A program made the position numbers and the translations under genes. Shown here in pieces: positions 17,906 to 27,900 of a stretch of 64,000 nt of DNA (its first letter is position 1; each line of letters begins with the position of its first letter). The notes beneath the pieces were generated by a model, which searched no databases, had not been told where the DNA came from, and saw only the letters and a list, made by a program, of their open reading frames with translations. The DNA comes from an uncultured Gemmatimonadales bacterium (lineage in GTDB: Bacteria; Gemmatimonadota; Gemmatimonadetes; Gemmatimonadales; GWC2-71-9), in assembly GCA_963771275.1 (NCBI GenBank), contig CAVYSW010000009.1, forward strand, positions 160,001-224,000, in the 5' to 3' direction.

Positions 17906-19295
17906 CTACGGGAGGGCGGAGCCCGAATAGAAGAGGTCGCACCGATCTGCTCTTCCCAGGTTCAATGCCCCCCCAATCGCCGATCCGATCGCTCCGAAGA
18001 TCGACTTGGATGCGAGCCCCGGGGCCTGCGGGTGGGCAAAGGAGCCGGTGATCTGCTGTTTCACCTGGGCGCATCCGTGTTGATCGACCGTCGCCACGAA
18101 GAAGTGCTCAAGGCTGTCGTTGACCAAGTTCACAGCGCCCCGAAACGCGACCGTGTTCTTCAGGGTGGAGAAGGCCACGTCTTTGGCCGTGGCGATGCCG
18201 TCCACGATTTCCCATTCGGAAACGAGCGTCCGGATTTCGCTCTCTCCCTGCCCCATTCCGCCGTACAGCCGGGCAAAGTCGGAACCCTTGGTCAGCAGCG
18301 GCCCGAAGGGGCCGGCCACCAGCACGGCGCCCAGGTCGATGAGATTGAACTTCTGGCTCCTGTTGTAGTCCTCGATGAGCTGATCGACGTCCCACCCATG
18401 GATGGATAGGTGCTCGCCCCGAATCGAGATCTGCCCCCGGGTGGTCTTCGTGATTGCGCTCAGATCCTCTCCCACTCCTTGGGCCTCGAGGGAGGCCTGC
18501 ACCGTTCCGGAGAAGTACTGCACCTCCCCGGGAAACACCTGACCGAGATCGATCTGCGGTGCCGCCTGCACGACTTGTATCCGTGGGGACGCTCCTCGCA
18601 TGTCGAGTATCAGGCTGACCGAGCGAACGCGCACCGAACAGCGTTACTGCGGTGGGATCAAGCTGCGCAGGCCGTCCTCGGCCTTGATTCCGCATCTGCA
18701 GATCGGACGCGCGCAGCGTTCCGACTTGCACGGTTGTCGCCTGCAGCGTTCCATGAAGGGAAAGAGACTTGAGCAGAGCTGGGAGCCGCGTTCCCTTACT
18801 CTCTCCCCAGGAGATACCGGACAGACTGATCGCCAGGCCCCCGACTTCGACACGCCTGCCCGAGATCTGATCCAGATAGCTGACTTCCCCGTCTTGAACG
18901 GAGATGGCGCCAATGGCCCGAGGCCGAGGGAGCGCGATGCGCCGCTCGATCCGGATCCGTGGCTTCTTGAGAGTGAGGCGGGCAATGGCAACTTGCCGGC
19001 GGAAGACGAGCGGGATCCATCGCGCTGAAACCTGCAGCTCCTCGGCTGAGAGGATCTCGCTCGTGTCTTTGGTCAGGTGGATGTCCGGCAACGTGAGTCG
19101 GGGGCGCGGAAAGAGCTGCAGAGCGGCCTTGCCCCGGATCTCGAACCTCATGGCCAGCGACTGGGACACCGCTCGTTCGATCGAGGGCTTGTAGCGATCG
19201 ACATCAAGAAACACCTGAACACATACAGCCACGACAAGGACTGCCGCCGCGAGAATCCCCGTTCCGATCAGTGTTCTGCGACCGAGCTTCGTCAT
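17906..19295 (-). pseudogene. AsmA-family protein, multiply frameshifted
   Basis: N-terminal TM plus DVDRYKPSIERAVS (AsmA-like) in one frame; AsmA-like C-terminus (WEIVDGIATAKDVAFSTLKNTVAFRGAVNL) in another; shifts near 18630-18700. Confidence 0.75.
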
Positions 19296-19380
19296 ATGCC
19301 CTACGGCCCGCGGCCCCCTCGCCCAGCACGGAACTTGGCGCCGATTCCGACACCATGCAACCTGGTGCCCGAGAACGACA

Positions 19381-19654
19381 GCCTCGTAGCGGCATGAGTC
19401 ACTACGTGGCTCAGCCTTACGAGAGCGAGCCCGCAGGACTTGATCCGACTGGTCCGAGCGCCAGCCGGACCGAGGAAACGGCCGCCTCGTAGCGGCATAA
19501 GTCACCCGAGGCTAGTGTTATGAGAGCAGGCCCGGCAGGACTTGACGAAGAGGCCCGAGCACCGCGAGGGCCGTCGCAAGTCTGCCGGGACGCTCAAGCA
19601 AAAGGCCGCGCGGTGCGCGGCCTTTTCTGCTTGAGCAGGCCCGGCAGGACTTGA
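19381..19654. repeat. tRNA-Trp-linked repeats / att-like scars
   Basis: 22-bp GAGCAGGCCCGGCAGGACTTGA identical at 19524-19545 and 19633-19654 (tRNA 3' end), degenerate at 19423-19443; GCCTCGTAGCGGCATRAGTCAC at 19381-19402 and 19484-19505. Confidence 0.85.
19600..19626. terminator. Bidirectional intrinsic terminator after tRNA-Trp
   Basis: AAAAGGCCGCGC-GGT-GCGCGGCCTTTT. Confidence 0.8.
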
Positions 19655-19708
19655 ACCTGCAACCCCCGGTTTTGGAGACCGGTGCTCTACCAATTGAGCT
19701 ACGGACCT
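19636..19708 (-). tRNA. tRNA-Trp(CCA)
   Basis: AGGTCCG/CGGGCCT acceptor stem, anticodon loop CTCCAAA, TTCAAGT T-loop, G73; CCA end not encoded. Confidence 0.97.
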
Positions 19709-19717
19709 ATAGAAGGC

Positions 19718-19812
19718 TCAACGTCCAATGTTCAATGATCAATGTTCAAGTGGGTTCGGCTTCGGGCCGCTACTTCGACATTGAACATCAGACACTGAAT
19801 ATTGGACATTCA
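19718..19812. repeat. Palindromic heptamer element (AATGTYC arms), copy 1
   Basis: Left arm CAATGTT/CAATGAT units 19718-19750, right arm reverse-complement units 19777-19812, between the two tRNA genes. Confidence 0.8.
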
Positions 19813-19815
19813 CAG

Positions 19816-19890
19816 GGTGGCTGACGGGGATTGAACCCGCAACCTTCGGAGCCACAGTCCGACGCTCTAACCGATTGAGCTACAGCCACC
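19816..19890 (-). tRNA. tRNA-His(GTG)
   Basis: G-1 GTGGCTG/CAGCCAC C73, anticodon loop CTGTGGC, TTCAATC T-loop. Confidence 0.97.
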
Positions 19891-19927
19891 ATGAAGCACC
19901 GCAACCTAGACCCCCAGTTTGACAGGG

Positions 19928-20608
19928 TCAAGTCGCCGGCCAGAAATCCCGATCGAGGCGCGCAAGTGCTTCCGCATCAGGCACCTGCACCCCATCCAGC
20001 AGGGCGAGCGCCAGCGGGCCCCGCACGGCGTTGACGAGCACCACCGTCTTGCCGTCCAGGGCCGCGCGCGGACTCCGCACCGCCTGCACGGCGAGCCCCG
20101 CTCCCGCCGCCACCTCCGCCAGCCGTGCCCGCCCGACGCTCGGCAGGATCCCGAGCGCGAGGTCCGGCACCTGCAGTCGATCACCATCGAGCCAGGCAAC
20201 CGCGAACCGCGCGGTTTCGGCGACGCAGCCGTCCGCCGCGAGCAGCAGCGGCTCATCGGCCCCGGCCGCCTCGGCCTGAGCCAGCACCCGATCGAACACG
20301 TCCCGGCCGACGCTCTTCACCCGGTAGCCCGGATGGGGCTCGGCCACCGTCACGACCCGAACCGGGGCCGCTTCCGGCACGGGACGATCACTCCACGCCA
20401 CCTCCTGCCCATCCCACTCGAGACGCAGCACGTGATCGCCCGGGCGCTCACGCGCCCACGTCAGCACCACCATGCCGAGCGACTCGGGCGGCGGTGCCAG
20501 GCCGACGCTGCGCGACGCCTCATGCAGCCGCCGCATGTGCCCTGCCAGCAGCGGCACCGCTCCGTCCCGCACGCGCAGCGTCTCGAACAACGCGGGTGGC
20601 CTGGTCAC
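19928..20608 (-). CDS. Class IV aminotransferase / 4-amino-4-deoxychorismate lyase-like
   Basis: LFETLRV, HMRRL, RVKS (PLP Lys), GILPSVGR, NAVRG; GTG overlaps the stop of the upstream gene. Confidence 0.8.
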   Translation of the reverse strand: MTRPPALFETLRVRDGAVPLLAGHMRRLHEASRSVGLAPPPESLGMVVLTWARERPGDHVLRLEWDGQEVAWSDRPVPEAAPVRVVTVAEPHPGYRVKSVGRDVFDRVLAQAEAAGADEPLLLAADGCVAETARFAVAWLDGDRLQVPDLALGILPSVGRARLAEVAAGAGLAVQAVRSPRAALDGKTVVLVNAVRGPLALALLDGVQVPDAEALARLDRDFWPAT

Positions 20609-21846
20609 CCGGGCACTCCCAGCGCCAGCCGCATCGCCGTCCCCTTTCGTAGACTCTCGCGCCATTCGCGTGCCGGGTCCGAGTCCCACACGATGCCCGC
20701 CCCTGCCTGCACACACGCGACGCCGTCGCTGAACAGCGCGGAGCGGATCAGGATGTTGAGTTGGCCCTCGCCATTCCCGAGCCAGCCCAGTCCGCCGGTG
20801 TAGGCGCCGCGTGCGACGGGCTCCAGGTCGGCGATGACCTCCATCGCCCGGATCTTCGGCGTCCCGGTGATGGTGCCACCGGGAAACAGCGCGGCGACCG
20901 CATGGCCGGGGGTGAGGTCCGGCCGGAGGCGGCCCACAACCTCACTCACCAGATGATACACGTGCGAATACTCCTCGATCACTTCCCGCTCCGCCACCCG
21001 CACGCTGCCGAACCGCGCCACGCGACCCACGTCGTTCCGCGCGAGGTCGACCAGCATCCGGTGCTCGGCCTGCTCCTTGGCGTCAAGCGCCAGCTCCGCA
21101 CGCATCGCGGCGTCGCGACCGGGCTCGCCGGTCTTCTTCCGGGTCCCCGCGATCGGCCGTGTCCGGATCGCGCCGTCGCGGCGGAGCTCGACGAGCAGCT
21201 CCGGCGAGCCGCTCACGATCTGCCAGTCGCCGAAGTCCGCGAACCCCATCCAGGGCGACGGGTTGATACGTCTCAGGCGACGATACACGGTCCACGCCGG
21301 CTCGACCGGCGCAAACCGCTCCGCCACCGTAAGGTTCACCTGATACACGTCGCCCGCCACGATATGGCGCTTGATGCGGGCCACGGCCCCCCCGAACTCG
21401 AGCTCGTCGAAGCTGCGGCCGACCAGCGGCGGAACGAGCGGCCCATCCCTCTCCTCCCCTGCCGCCTCTGCCGCCCCTGCCGCTCCTGCCGCTCCTGGCG
21501 CTCCTGCCGCCTCCAGGACCGCGAGGCTCCCCGACTCGACCGTTCCCGTTCCGAGATCAGCGATCAGCTCGTGTTCCGGCTCGAACAGATCGGCGAGCGG
21601 CTGGCGCAGTGCGGGATCGGCGCGGCGCGCGTGTGGCGGGAGGCCGAGGTCGTAGGCAATCACGCCGTACAGGCGCCGGTCCGACGGCAGGTCGGTGAGC
21701 CAGTCCAGGCGCCCAACGGCGCCGGCCGTCCATTCCAGGCGGTAGCGCCGGCGTGCGCCCCACGCGATCCGCGCCCGGCCGGCGCGCCCGAGACCGTCCT
21801 CGAGCAGCACCACCGGGCGCGGCAGCGCCGGCACGGCGGCCAGCAC
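20605..21846 (-). CDS. Chorismate-binding enzyme, aminodeoxychorismate/anthranilate synthase component I (PabB/TrpE family)
   Basis: GDVYQVNL, SGSPE, RPIAGT, EHRMLVDLARND, FPGGTITGTPKIRAM, GAGIV; start uncertain. Confidence 0.9.
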   Translation of the reverse strand: MLAAVPALPRPVVLLEDGLGRAGRARIAWGARRRYRLEWTAGAVGRLDWLTDLPSDRRLYGVIAYDLGLPPHARRADPALRQPLADLFEPEHELIADLGTGTVESGSLAVLEAAGAPGAAGAAGAAEAAGEERDGPLVPPLVGRSFDELEFGGAVARIKRHIVAGDVYQVNLTVAERFAPVEPAWTVYRRLRRINPSPWMGFADFGDWQIVSGSPELLVELRRDGAIRTRPIAGTRKKTGEPGRDAAMRAELALDAKEQAEHRMLVDLARNDVGRVARFGSVRVAEREVIEEYSHVYHLVSEVVGRLRPDLTPGHAVAALFPGGTITGTPKIRAMEVIADLEPVARGAYTGGLGWLGNGEGQLNILIRSALFSDGVACVQAGAGIVWDSDPAREWRESLRKGTAMRLALGVPG

Positions 21847-21869
21847 GAGGTTGAGCAGCGCGGTGCCGG

Positions 21870-22616
21870 TCAGCGCTGCGTCGCCTGCTCCGCCACCGCC
21901 TTCTGCGCGGCGGCCACGGCGGCGGGGTCACCGAGGTAGCAGTGCCGGATGGGGCGCAGGTCCCCGTTCAGCTCGTAGACGAGCGGGACACCCGTCGGAA
22001 TGTTGAGCCCGACGATCTCGTCTTCGGAGATGTCGTCGAGGTGTTTCACCAACGCGCGGAGGCTGTTGCCGTGCGCGGCGATCAGCACGCGCCTCCCTGC
22101 TTGCACCGCGGGCCCGATCGTCCCGTTCCAGTACGGCAGGAACCGCCCAACCGTGTCCTTCAGCGCTTCCGTGAGCGGGACCTCGGCTCGGGGCACGTCG
22201 CCGTATCGCGGATCCCGTCCGGGGTAGCGCTCGTCGTCCGGCGTCAGCGCCGGCGGCCGGATGGCGTAGCTCCGCCGCCAGAGCTTCACCTGCTGCTCGC
22301 CGTGCCGCTCGGCCATCTCCGCCTTGTTCAAGCCCTGCAGCGCTCCATAGTGGCGCTCGTTCAGCCGCCAGCTCCGGATCACGGGGATCCACATCAGGTC
22401 CATGTCGTCCAGCACGATCCACAGCGTCCGGATCGCCCGCTTGAGGACCGACGTGTACGCCAGGTCGAACGCGTAGCCCCCTTCCTTCAGGAGCCGCGCG
22501 GCTTCGTGGGCCTCCGCCACGCCTTTGTCGGACAGATCGACGTCGGTCCATCCCGTGAACCGGTTTTCCTTGTTCCAGGTGCTTTCGCCGTGACGCAGCA
22601 GCACGACCGTGTACAT
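21870..22616 (-). CDS. gpmA: 2,3-bisphosphoglycerate-dependent phosphoglycerate mutase
   Basis: [50 protein letters not shown]. Confidence 0.98.
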   Translation of the reverse strand: MYTVVLLRHGESTWNKENRFTGWTDVDLSDKGVAEAHEAARLLKEGGYAFDLAYTSVLKRAIRTLWIVLDDMDLMWIPVIRSWRLNERHYGALQGLNKAEMAERHGEQQVKLWRRSYAIRPPALTPDDERYPGRDPRYGDVPRAEVPLTEALKDTVGRFLPYWNGTIGPAVQAGRRVLIAAHGNSLRALVKHLDDISEDEIVGLNIPTGVPLVYELNGDLRPIRHCYLGDPAAVAAAQKAVAEQATQR

Positions 22617-22831
22617 GAGGATTCCCGTCGTGTATTGGGGAGTCGTTCCTCAGGAACGTAGGGCTTCCAGCCGCGGGTGCAAGGCGGGACGTGTCGCCCC
22701 CCCATCCATCCCCCCCATCGCGCTTACAACCATTCGCCCGGTCATAGTGTCTACTCCTCCGAACCCCGACGCCGCCCGGCATCGTAGGATCACCAACGGC
22801 AGGCTGGGCACCGTATCTCAGGGGAGCCTCG

Positions 22832-25504
22832 ATGCACCGGTCCATTCCGATTCCCGCGCTCCTGGCCTCTGCCCTTGTGGCGGGTGCGGCCCCGCGCGGC
22901 ATCGCCCAGCAGCAACACAGCGCGACCGTTCACGCGGAGCCGCCCAAGCCCGCCGTCGCCTTCCGCATTCCGGCCGGCGGGATCGTGCTGGACGGCCGTT
23001 TGGACGAGCCGGCGTGGCTCACGGCGACGCCGATCACGGACTTCGTGCAGCACGATCCTCACGAGGGACAGCCGGTGACGGAACGCACCGAGGCCCGGGT
23101 GCTCTACACCGATGCCGCGATCTACGTCGGAGTCCGCGCGTTCGACTCGCACGCCGATGCGATCAGGGGTCAACTGACGCGGCGCGACGAGGACTCGCCC
23201 AGCGACTGGATCCTGGTCGCGATCGATTCCTACCACGATCGCCGGACCGCGTTCACCTTCTGGGTGAATCCGGCGGGCGTGAAGCGCGACGTCTACCTGT
23301 ATGACGACACGAACGAGGATGACTCGTGGAACGCGGTCTGGGACGCCGCGACGTCGCGCGACTCGCTCGGCTGGACCGCCGAGTTCGAAATTCCGCTGAG
23401 TCAGCTCCGATTCTCCAAAGGCGACGGGCACGCGTTCGGGTTCAATGTCGTGCGGACCATCAGCCGGCTCAACGAGGAGCAGCACTGGCGGCTCATCCCG
23501 AAGAACCAGTCAGGCGTCGTCTCGAAGTTCGGCGACCTCGTGGGAATCACCGGGATCCGGCCGCCCCGGCGGCTGGAGGTGCAGCCCTACGCCGTGGCGC
23601 AAGCCTCCCGCTTCCCCGCGGAGGCGGGCAACCCGTTCGCCACCGGCCGGGCCAGCACCGCCCGAGTCGGGGGCGATCTCCTGTACGGCCTCACGTCCAA
23701 CCTCACCCTGACCGCGACCATCAACCCGGACTTCGGCCAGGTCGAGGCCGATCCGGCGGTCGTGAACCTCTCCGCCTTCGAGACTTTCTACCAGGAGAAG
23801 CGGCCGTTCTTCACCGAGGGACTCGACGTGTTCCGCTTCAACATCGGGCTGGGCGACGGTGACGGCGGCCAGGAGGAGCTGTTCTACACCCGGCGCATCG
23901 GCCGGGCGCCGCAGGGCGAGGCGGACCCGCGCGGCGGCTACGCCGAAACCGTGGGCCAGACCACGATTCTGGGCGCGGGCAAGCTGTCGGGGAAGACGGC
24001 CGGTGGCTGGACCCTCGGCTTCCTCGGCGCGCTCACCGGCGCGCAGACGGCGCAGGCGGTGGATTCCGCCGGCGCGCGGCACGCCGATGTCATCGAGCCG
24101 AGCACGACGTACCTCGTGAGCCGGGTGGCCCGCGACTTCCGGAACGGCCAGACCGTGCTCGGCCTGTTCGGCACCGGCACGATCCGCAATCTGCCGGCCG
24201 ACGGCAGCCTCGCCTTTCTGCGCAGCAGCGCCTTCGCCCTCGGCACCAACTGGGAGCACCGCTTCCGCCACGACACCTACCGCTTCCGTGGCTGGGTCGC
24301 CGGGAGCAGCGTCTACGGCTCCGCGGGGGCCATCGACGAGACGCAGCGGTCGTCGGCGCGCTACTACCAGCGGCCGGACAACGACTACGTGACGTACGAC
24401 CCGACGCGCACGTCGCTCCAGGGGTTCGCCGGCCAGATCGAGTTCGGCAAGATCGGCGGCGGCAGCTACAGCTTCCTGGCGGCGCTCGACACCCGCTCCC
24501 CGGGATTCGAGGTGAACGACATCGGCTTCGAGCGCCAGGCGGACCGGACGGTTCAGGTGCTCTGGGGCCAGCGGCGCTGGACCACGCCCGGCACGGTGTT
24601 CCGGGATGTGCGCATCAACCTCAACCAGTGGGCCGGCTGGACCTACGGGTGGGACGACACCGGGGTGGGCGGCAACGTGAACGCCCACTTCACCTTCCTC
24701 AACTATTGGAGCACCGGCTTTGGCGTGAACCGCAACTTCGCCGGGCTTTCCACCGGCTCGCTGCGCGGCGGCCCGGCGATCATCGAGCCAAGCAACTGGA
24801 ACGGCTGGGGCTACCTCGAGACCGACTCGCGCAAGACGATCCGCCTCAGCATCAACGGATGGGGCTGGACGCAGCCGGCTTCCGGGAGCAGCTCGCTCGG
24901 CGCCTCCGTGAATCTCCGGTGGCGGCCGCTCACCAACCTCGACCTCACGGCTTCGCCGACCGTGGACAAGACGCATGACAACTGGCAGTACGTCGATGCC
25001 CCGAGCGCCCTGGGCACCACGCACTACGTGTTCGCCGACCTCCGCCAGACCACGGTGGGGATGCAGTTCCGCGGCAACCTGACGTTCCTGCCGACCCTCT
25101 CGCTCCAGCTCTACGTCGAGCCGTTCATCGCCACCGGGGGGTACGGCGGCTACAAGGAGGTCGCGCATCCGCGCGCCGCCGAGTACGCCGACCGGTTCGC
25201 GCTATACGCCGCCAATCAGCTCGGCACCGACGCCGACGGCAACGTGCTGGTGGACCTGAACCGCGACGGCGGCACGGACTTCGTCCTGGACAATCCGAAT
25301 TTCCGCTACCTGTCGCTCCGCGGGAACGCGGTGCTGCGCTGGGAGTACCGCCGCGGCTCGACGCTGTTCCTCGTCTGGCAGCACGGCCGGGAGGACTCCA
25401 ACCACCAGGGCACCTTCAGCCTGCGGCAGGGACTCGACCAGCTGTTCGCCGCCCCGGCCACGAACACGCTGCTCGTGAAGCTCAACTACTGGCTGAGTCT
25501 CTAG
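22832..25504 (+). CDS. CBM9-like plus DUF5916 outer-membrane protein
   Basis: Signal peptide; LDGRLDEPAW, NPDFGQVEADPAVVNLSAFETFYQEKRPFF, LFYTRRIGR; C-terminal VKLNYWL. Confidence 0.85.
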   Translation: MHRSIPIPALLASALVAGAAPRGIAQQQHSATVHAEPPKPAVAFRIPAGGIVLDGRLDEPAWLTATPITDFVQHDPHEGQPVTERTEARVLYTDAAIYVGVRAFDSHADAIRGQLTRRDEDSPSDWILVAIDSYHDRRTAFTFWVNPAGVKRDVYLYDDTNEDDSWNAVWDAATSRDSLGWTAEFEIPLSQLRFSKGDGHAFGFNVVRTISRLNEEQHWRLIPKNQSGVVSKFGDLVGITGIRPPRRLEVQPYAVAQASRFPAEAGNPFATGRASTARVGGDLLYGLTSNLTLTATINPDFGQVEADPAVVNLSAFETFYQEKRPFFTEGLDVFRFNIGLGDGDGGQEELFYTRRIGRAPQGEADPRGGYAETVGQTTILGAGKLSGKTAGGWTLGFLGALTGAQTAQAVDSAGARHADVIEPSTTYLVSRVARDFRNGQTVLGLFGTGTIRNLPADGSLAFLRSSAFALGTNWEHRFRHDTYRFRGWVAGSSVYGSAGAIDETQRSSARYYQRPDNDYVTYDPTRTSLQGFAGQIEFGKIGGGSYSFLAALDTRSPGFEVNDIGFERQADRTVQVLWGQRRWTTPGTVFRDVRINLNQWAGWTYGWDDTGVGGNVNAHFTFLNYWSTGFGVNRNFAGLSTGSLRGGPAIIEPSNWNGWGYLETDSRKTIRLSINGWGWTQPASGSSSLGASVNLRWRPLTNLDLTASPTVDKTHDNWQYVDAPSALGTTHYVFADLRQTTVGMQFRGNLTFLPTLSLQLYVEPFIATGGYGGYKEVAHPRAAEYADRFALYAANQLGTDADGNVLVDLNRDGGTDFVLDNPNFRYLSLRGNAVLRWEYRRGSTLFLVWQHGREDSNHQGTFSLRQGLDQLFAAPATNTLLVKLNYWLSL
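25189..25502 (+). repeat. 314-bp direct repeat, copy 1 (3' end of the DUF5916 gene)
   Basis: No mismatch found against 30485-30798 by manual comparison. Confidence 0.95.
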
Positions 25505-25535
25505 CTCGCGTCTCGGGCCCTGGTTCCTCCTCGCG

Positions 25536-26300
25536 TCACGGGCGATAGAGCCATGCCGCTCCACTGACGTTCTCGCCGACACCGTAGCCGCCGGTGATCA
25601 GCACGCTCCCGTCCCACAGACGCGTCGCGGTCGCGAACAGCCGGGACAGCATCCCCGACCCGAGGTCACCCGGCACGGTGCTGAAGCGGCCGCGCCGCGG
25701 CCCGTACAGCACCGCGTTGCGCGCCCCGCCCGCGATCAGCACGCCGCCGTTCAGCAGGAGCACCGACGTGCCGACGTGCTTGTAGCGCACCGTCGGCATG
25801 TCGCCGGTGGCCGTGAAGGTCCCGGTCGACGGCTGGTAGATCTCCGCGCTGGCGTAGGCCGCGGCGTCATCGCGCTCGTCCGAGCCGCCGGTCACGAGCA
25901 CGCGCCCATCAGCCAGCAGCACGGCGTCATGCTTGTGGCGCCGCACGGTCATCGAGCCGGTGGCGGCGAACGTTCCGGTCCGGGGATTGTACAGCTCGGC
26001 GCTGGCGAGGAACGTCCAGCCGGTGCCGAGCCGCCCGCCAGCAGGACCCTTCCGTCGTCGAGCAGGACCGCGACGTGGTCCATGCGCGGCGTCGTGAGCG
26101 ACCCCGTGGGGGTGAACCTGCCCGTGGACGGGTCGTACAGCTCGGCCGTGGCGGTGTACGTGTTCTCTCCCCGCCCGAATCCCCCCACCACGAGCACGCG
26201 CCCCTCCGGCAACGCGGCGGCGGCATGCGCCGCACGCTCCGCGTGCTTGACGTGAACCGGGCGGATCGCGCCGACTCCGCCCGCGGCCGCACCGATCAGC
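25536..26300 (-). pseudogene. Kelch/galactose-oxidase beta-propeller protein, frameshifted
   Basis: Repeats of H-x-A-x-LL-x-DGRVL-x-x-GG...AELYDP split across two frames near 26030; 5' end degraded. Confidence 0.8.
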
Positions 26301-26508
26301 GACTCACCGCAGACGATCACGCGAACACGCCCGTGCCACGTGCTCGCACAGGTTGCGCCTCTCACGGCACCGACCCGTGCCGTCGACGGCCGCTCGTCCA
26401 TGGCCCGCCCTCCGCATCGGTCTTCGCCATCCGTCGCTCATTAGTGACGAGCGAGCCGCGCGTTTCCTTCCCCAGGCCGGAGACCGCGCGCAGGTTGCCG
26501 CGGGCCGG

Positions 26509-27792
26509 CTACCGTCGGATCGTGGCGCCGGCGAGCTGGGCGACCGCCGCGAGCGTGGTCTGCGCCGCATTCAGCCCGAGCAGGAAGTCCTTGTCGGAGT
26601 ACGTGGCGTAGACGTCGGTCGGCTGATGCCACTGGGGATCCCAGCCCGTGCCGATCTGCGCCAGGCGCTCGTTCTCGCGGAGACTGATGGCCGGCACGAG
26701 GTCCTGGAACGGCTGCGAGTCGGTGTTGCTCATCCGGTTCCCCACGGCGGCGGGGTAGTCCGTGGCGTAACGGTCGTTGGCGGCGCGGAACAGCCAGGCC
26801 AGCCGCTCGGACTCGGCCGCGAGCGTGGAGCCGCCCGCGAATTCGACGTTGACGTCGGCCTCCCGCCGCTGCTCCGGGCTCACGACCCCGTCGGGGCCGG
26901 GCATCCCGTGATCGAACAGCATCATGTCGTGCTGGATCATGCCCAGCCACCTGGGCTCGGGATACCGCCCCGAGCCGGGAGGATCCTCCTTGCCCTGGAG
27001 GTCCTTGCGCTGCTCGACGTACGCCCGGCTGCCGTTGAGCCCGGTCTCCTCGTTGTTCCACAGGACGAACCGGATGGAGCGCTCGGTCTGCACGCCGGGC
27101 GCGCTGAGCACGCGGGCCAGCTCCATCACCAGCGCCGTGCCCGACCCATCGTCGTTGGCCGCCGCCCCGTAGCCGTGGCCGTCCATGTGGGCGCCGACGA
27201 TGTACATCTCGTCCGGGCGGGTCGCGCCGACCTTGGTGCAGTACACCTCTTCGCGGGCACCGGGCGTATCGGGCTGGGCGTCGATCTCCCGGAGCTGCGG
27301 GTCGGGCTGTCGCGTGGGATCCATGTTGACGCCCGTAGGGCCGCGGTTGCCCTTCGCGGGCCGGCGGGCCCGGCCTGCGGAGGCGGGGCGCGGGCGTGGA
27401 CCGGCCGCCGAATCGCCGCCCGCCCTCCACACCTGCCGCCCGGTGTACTCGTAGCGAATCCGCCCGGTCTCGGTACAGCCGTAGCCCCTCAGCTGCGCCT
27501 CGATCCAGTCGCTCGCCGCCCGGTTCCGGTCGGTCCCCTGGCGCCGGTCGCCGAACCGCGTCAGGCCCTCGATGGTGGTCTTGTACCGCTCGAGGTCGAG
27601 CCGGGCGACGAGCGCCTGCACGGGATCGTCGGCCTGGGTGGCGGACGAATCCCGGCCCGTCGCCCGAGGCGGAGACGCGCCGGCTGCCTGGCCGGGCAGC
27701 ATGGAGGGGAATCCGACCGCGACGGTGCAGGCCGCGGCGAAGAGCACCGGCGAGCGCACGTTGGTCCTCCGGATCGATGGGATGGCGCGCAT
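26509..27792 (-). CDS. Secreted M28-family metallopeptidase
   Basis: GAHMD, ANDDGSG, NNEETGL, QHDM, TDS, WHQPTD. Confidence 0.85.
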   Translation of the reverse strand: MRAIPSIRRTNVRSPVLFAAACTVAVGFPSMLPGQAAGASPPRATGRDSSATQADDPVQALVARLDLERYKTTIEGLTRFGDRRQGTDRNRAASDWIEAQLRGYGCTETGRIRYEYTGRQVWRAGGDSAAGPRPRPASAGRARRPAKGNRGPTGVNMDPTRQPDPQLREIDAQPDTPGAREEVYCTKVGATRPDEMYIVGAHMDGHGYGAAANDDGSGTALVMELARVLSAPGVQTERSIRFVLWNNEETGLNGSRAYVEQRKDLQGKEDPPGSGRYPEPRWLGMIQHDMMLFDHGMPGPDGVVSPEQRREADVNVEFAGGSTLAAESERLAWLFRAANDRYATDYPAAVGNRMSNTDSQPFQDLVPAISLRENERLAQIGTGWDPQWHQPTDVYATYSDKDFLLGLNAAQTTLAAVAQLAGATIRR

Positions 27793-27900
27793 GCTGGAGA
27801 GCGCCGCCCGTAAAGTGCATGCTGGCCGCGACCTGCGGTAGGTCTTAGGCCGCAGGAGGTAGTGAAGCGCGGTAGTCGGCTGGTCGACTCAACCCGCTCC

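Noticed and set aside
19490..19525. dif/Xer site (GCATAA...TTATG)
   Set aside because: The spacer is about 17 bp rather than 6 bp, and there is no XerD-arm match
19381..19545. CRISPR array
   Set aside because: Only two 22-bp boxes about 103 bp apart, tied to tRNA-end copies; no cas genes
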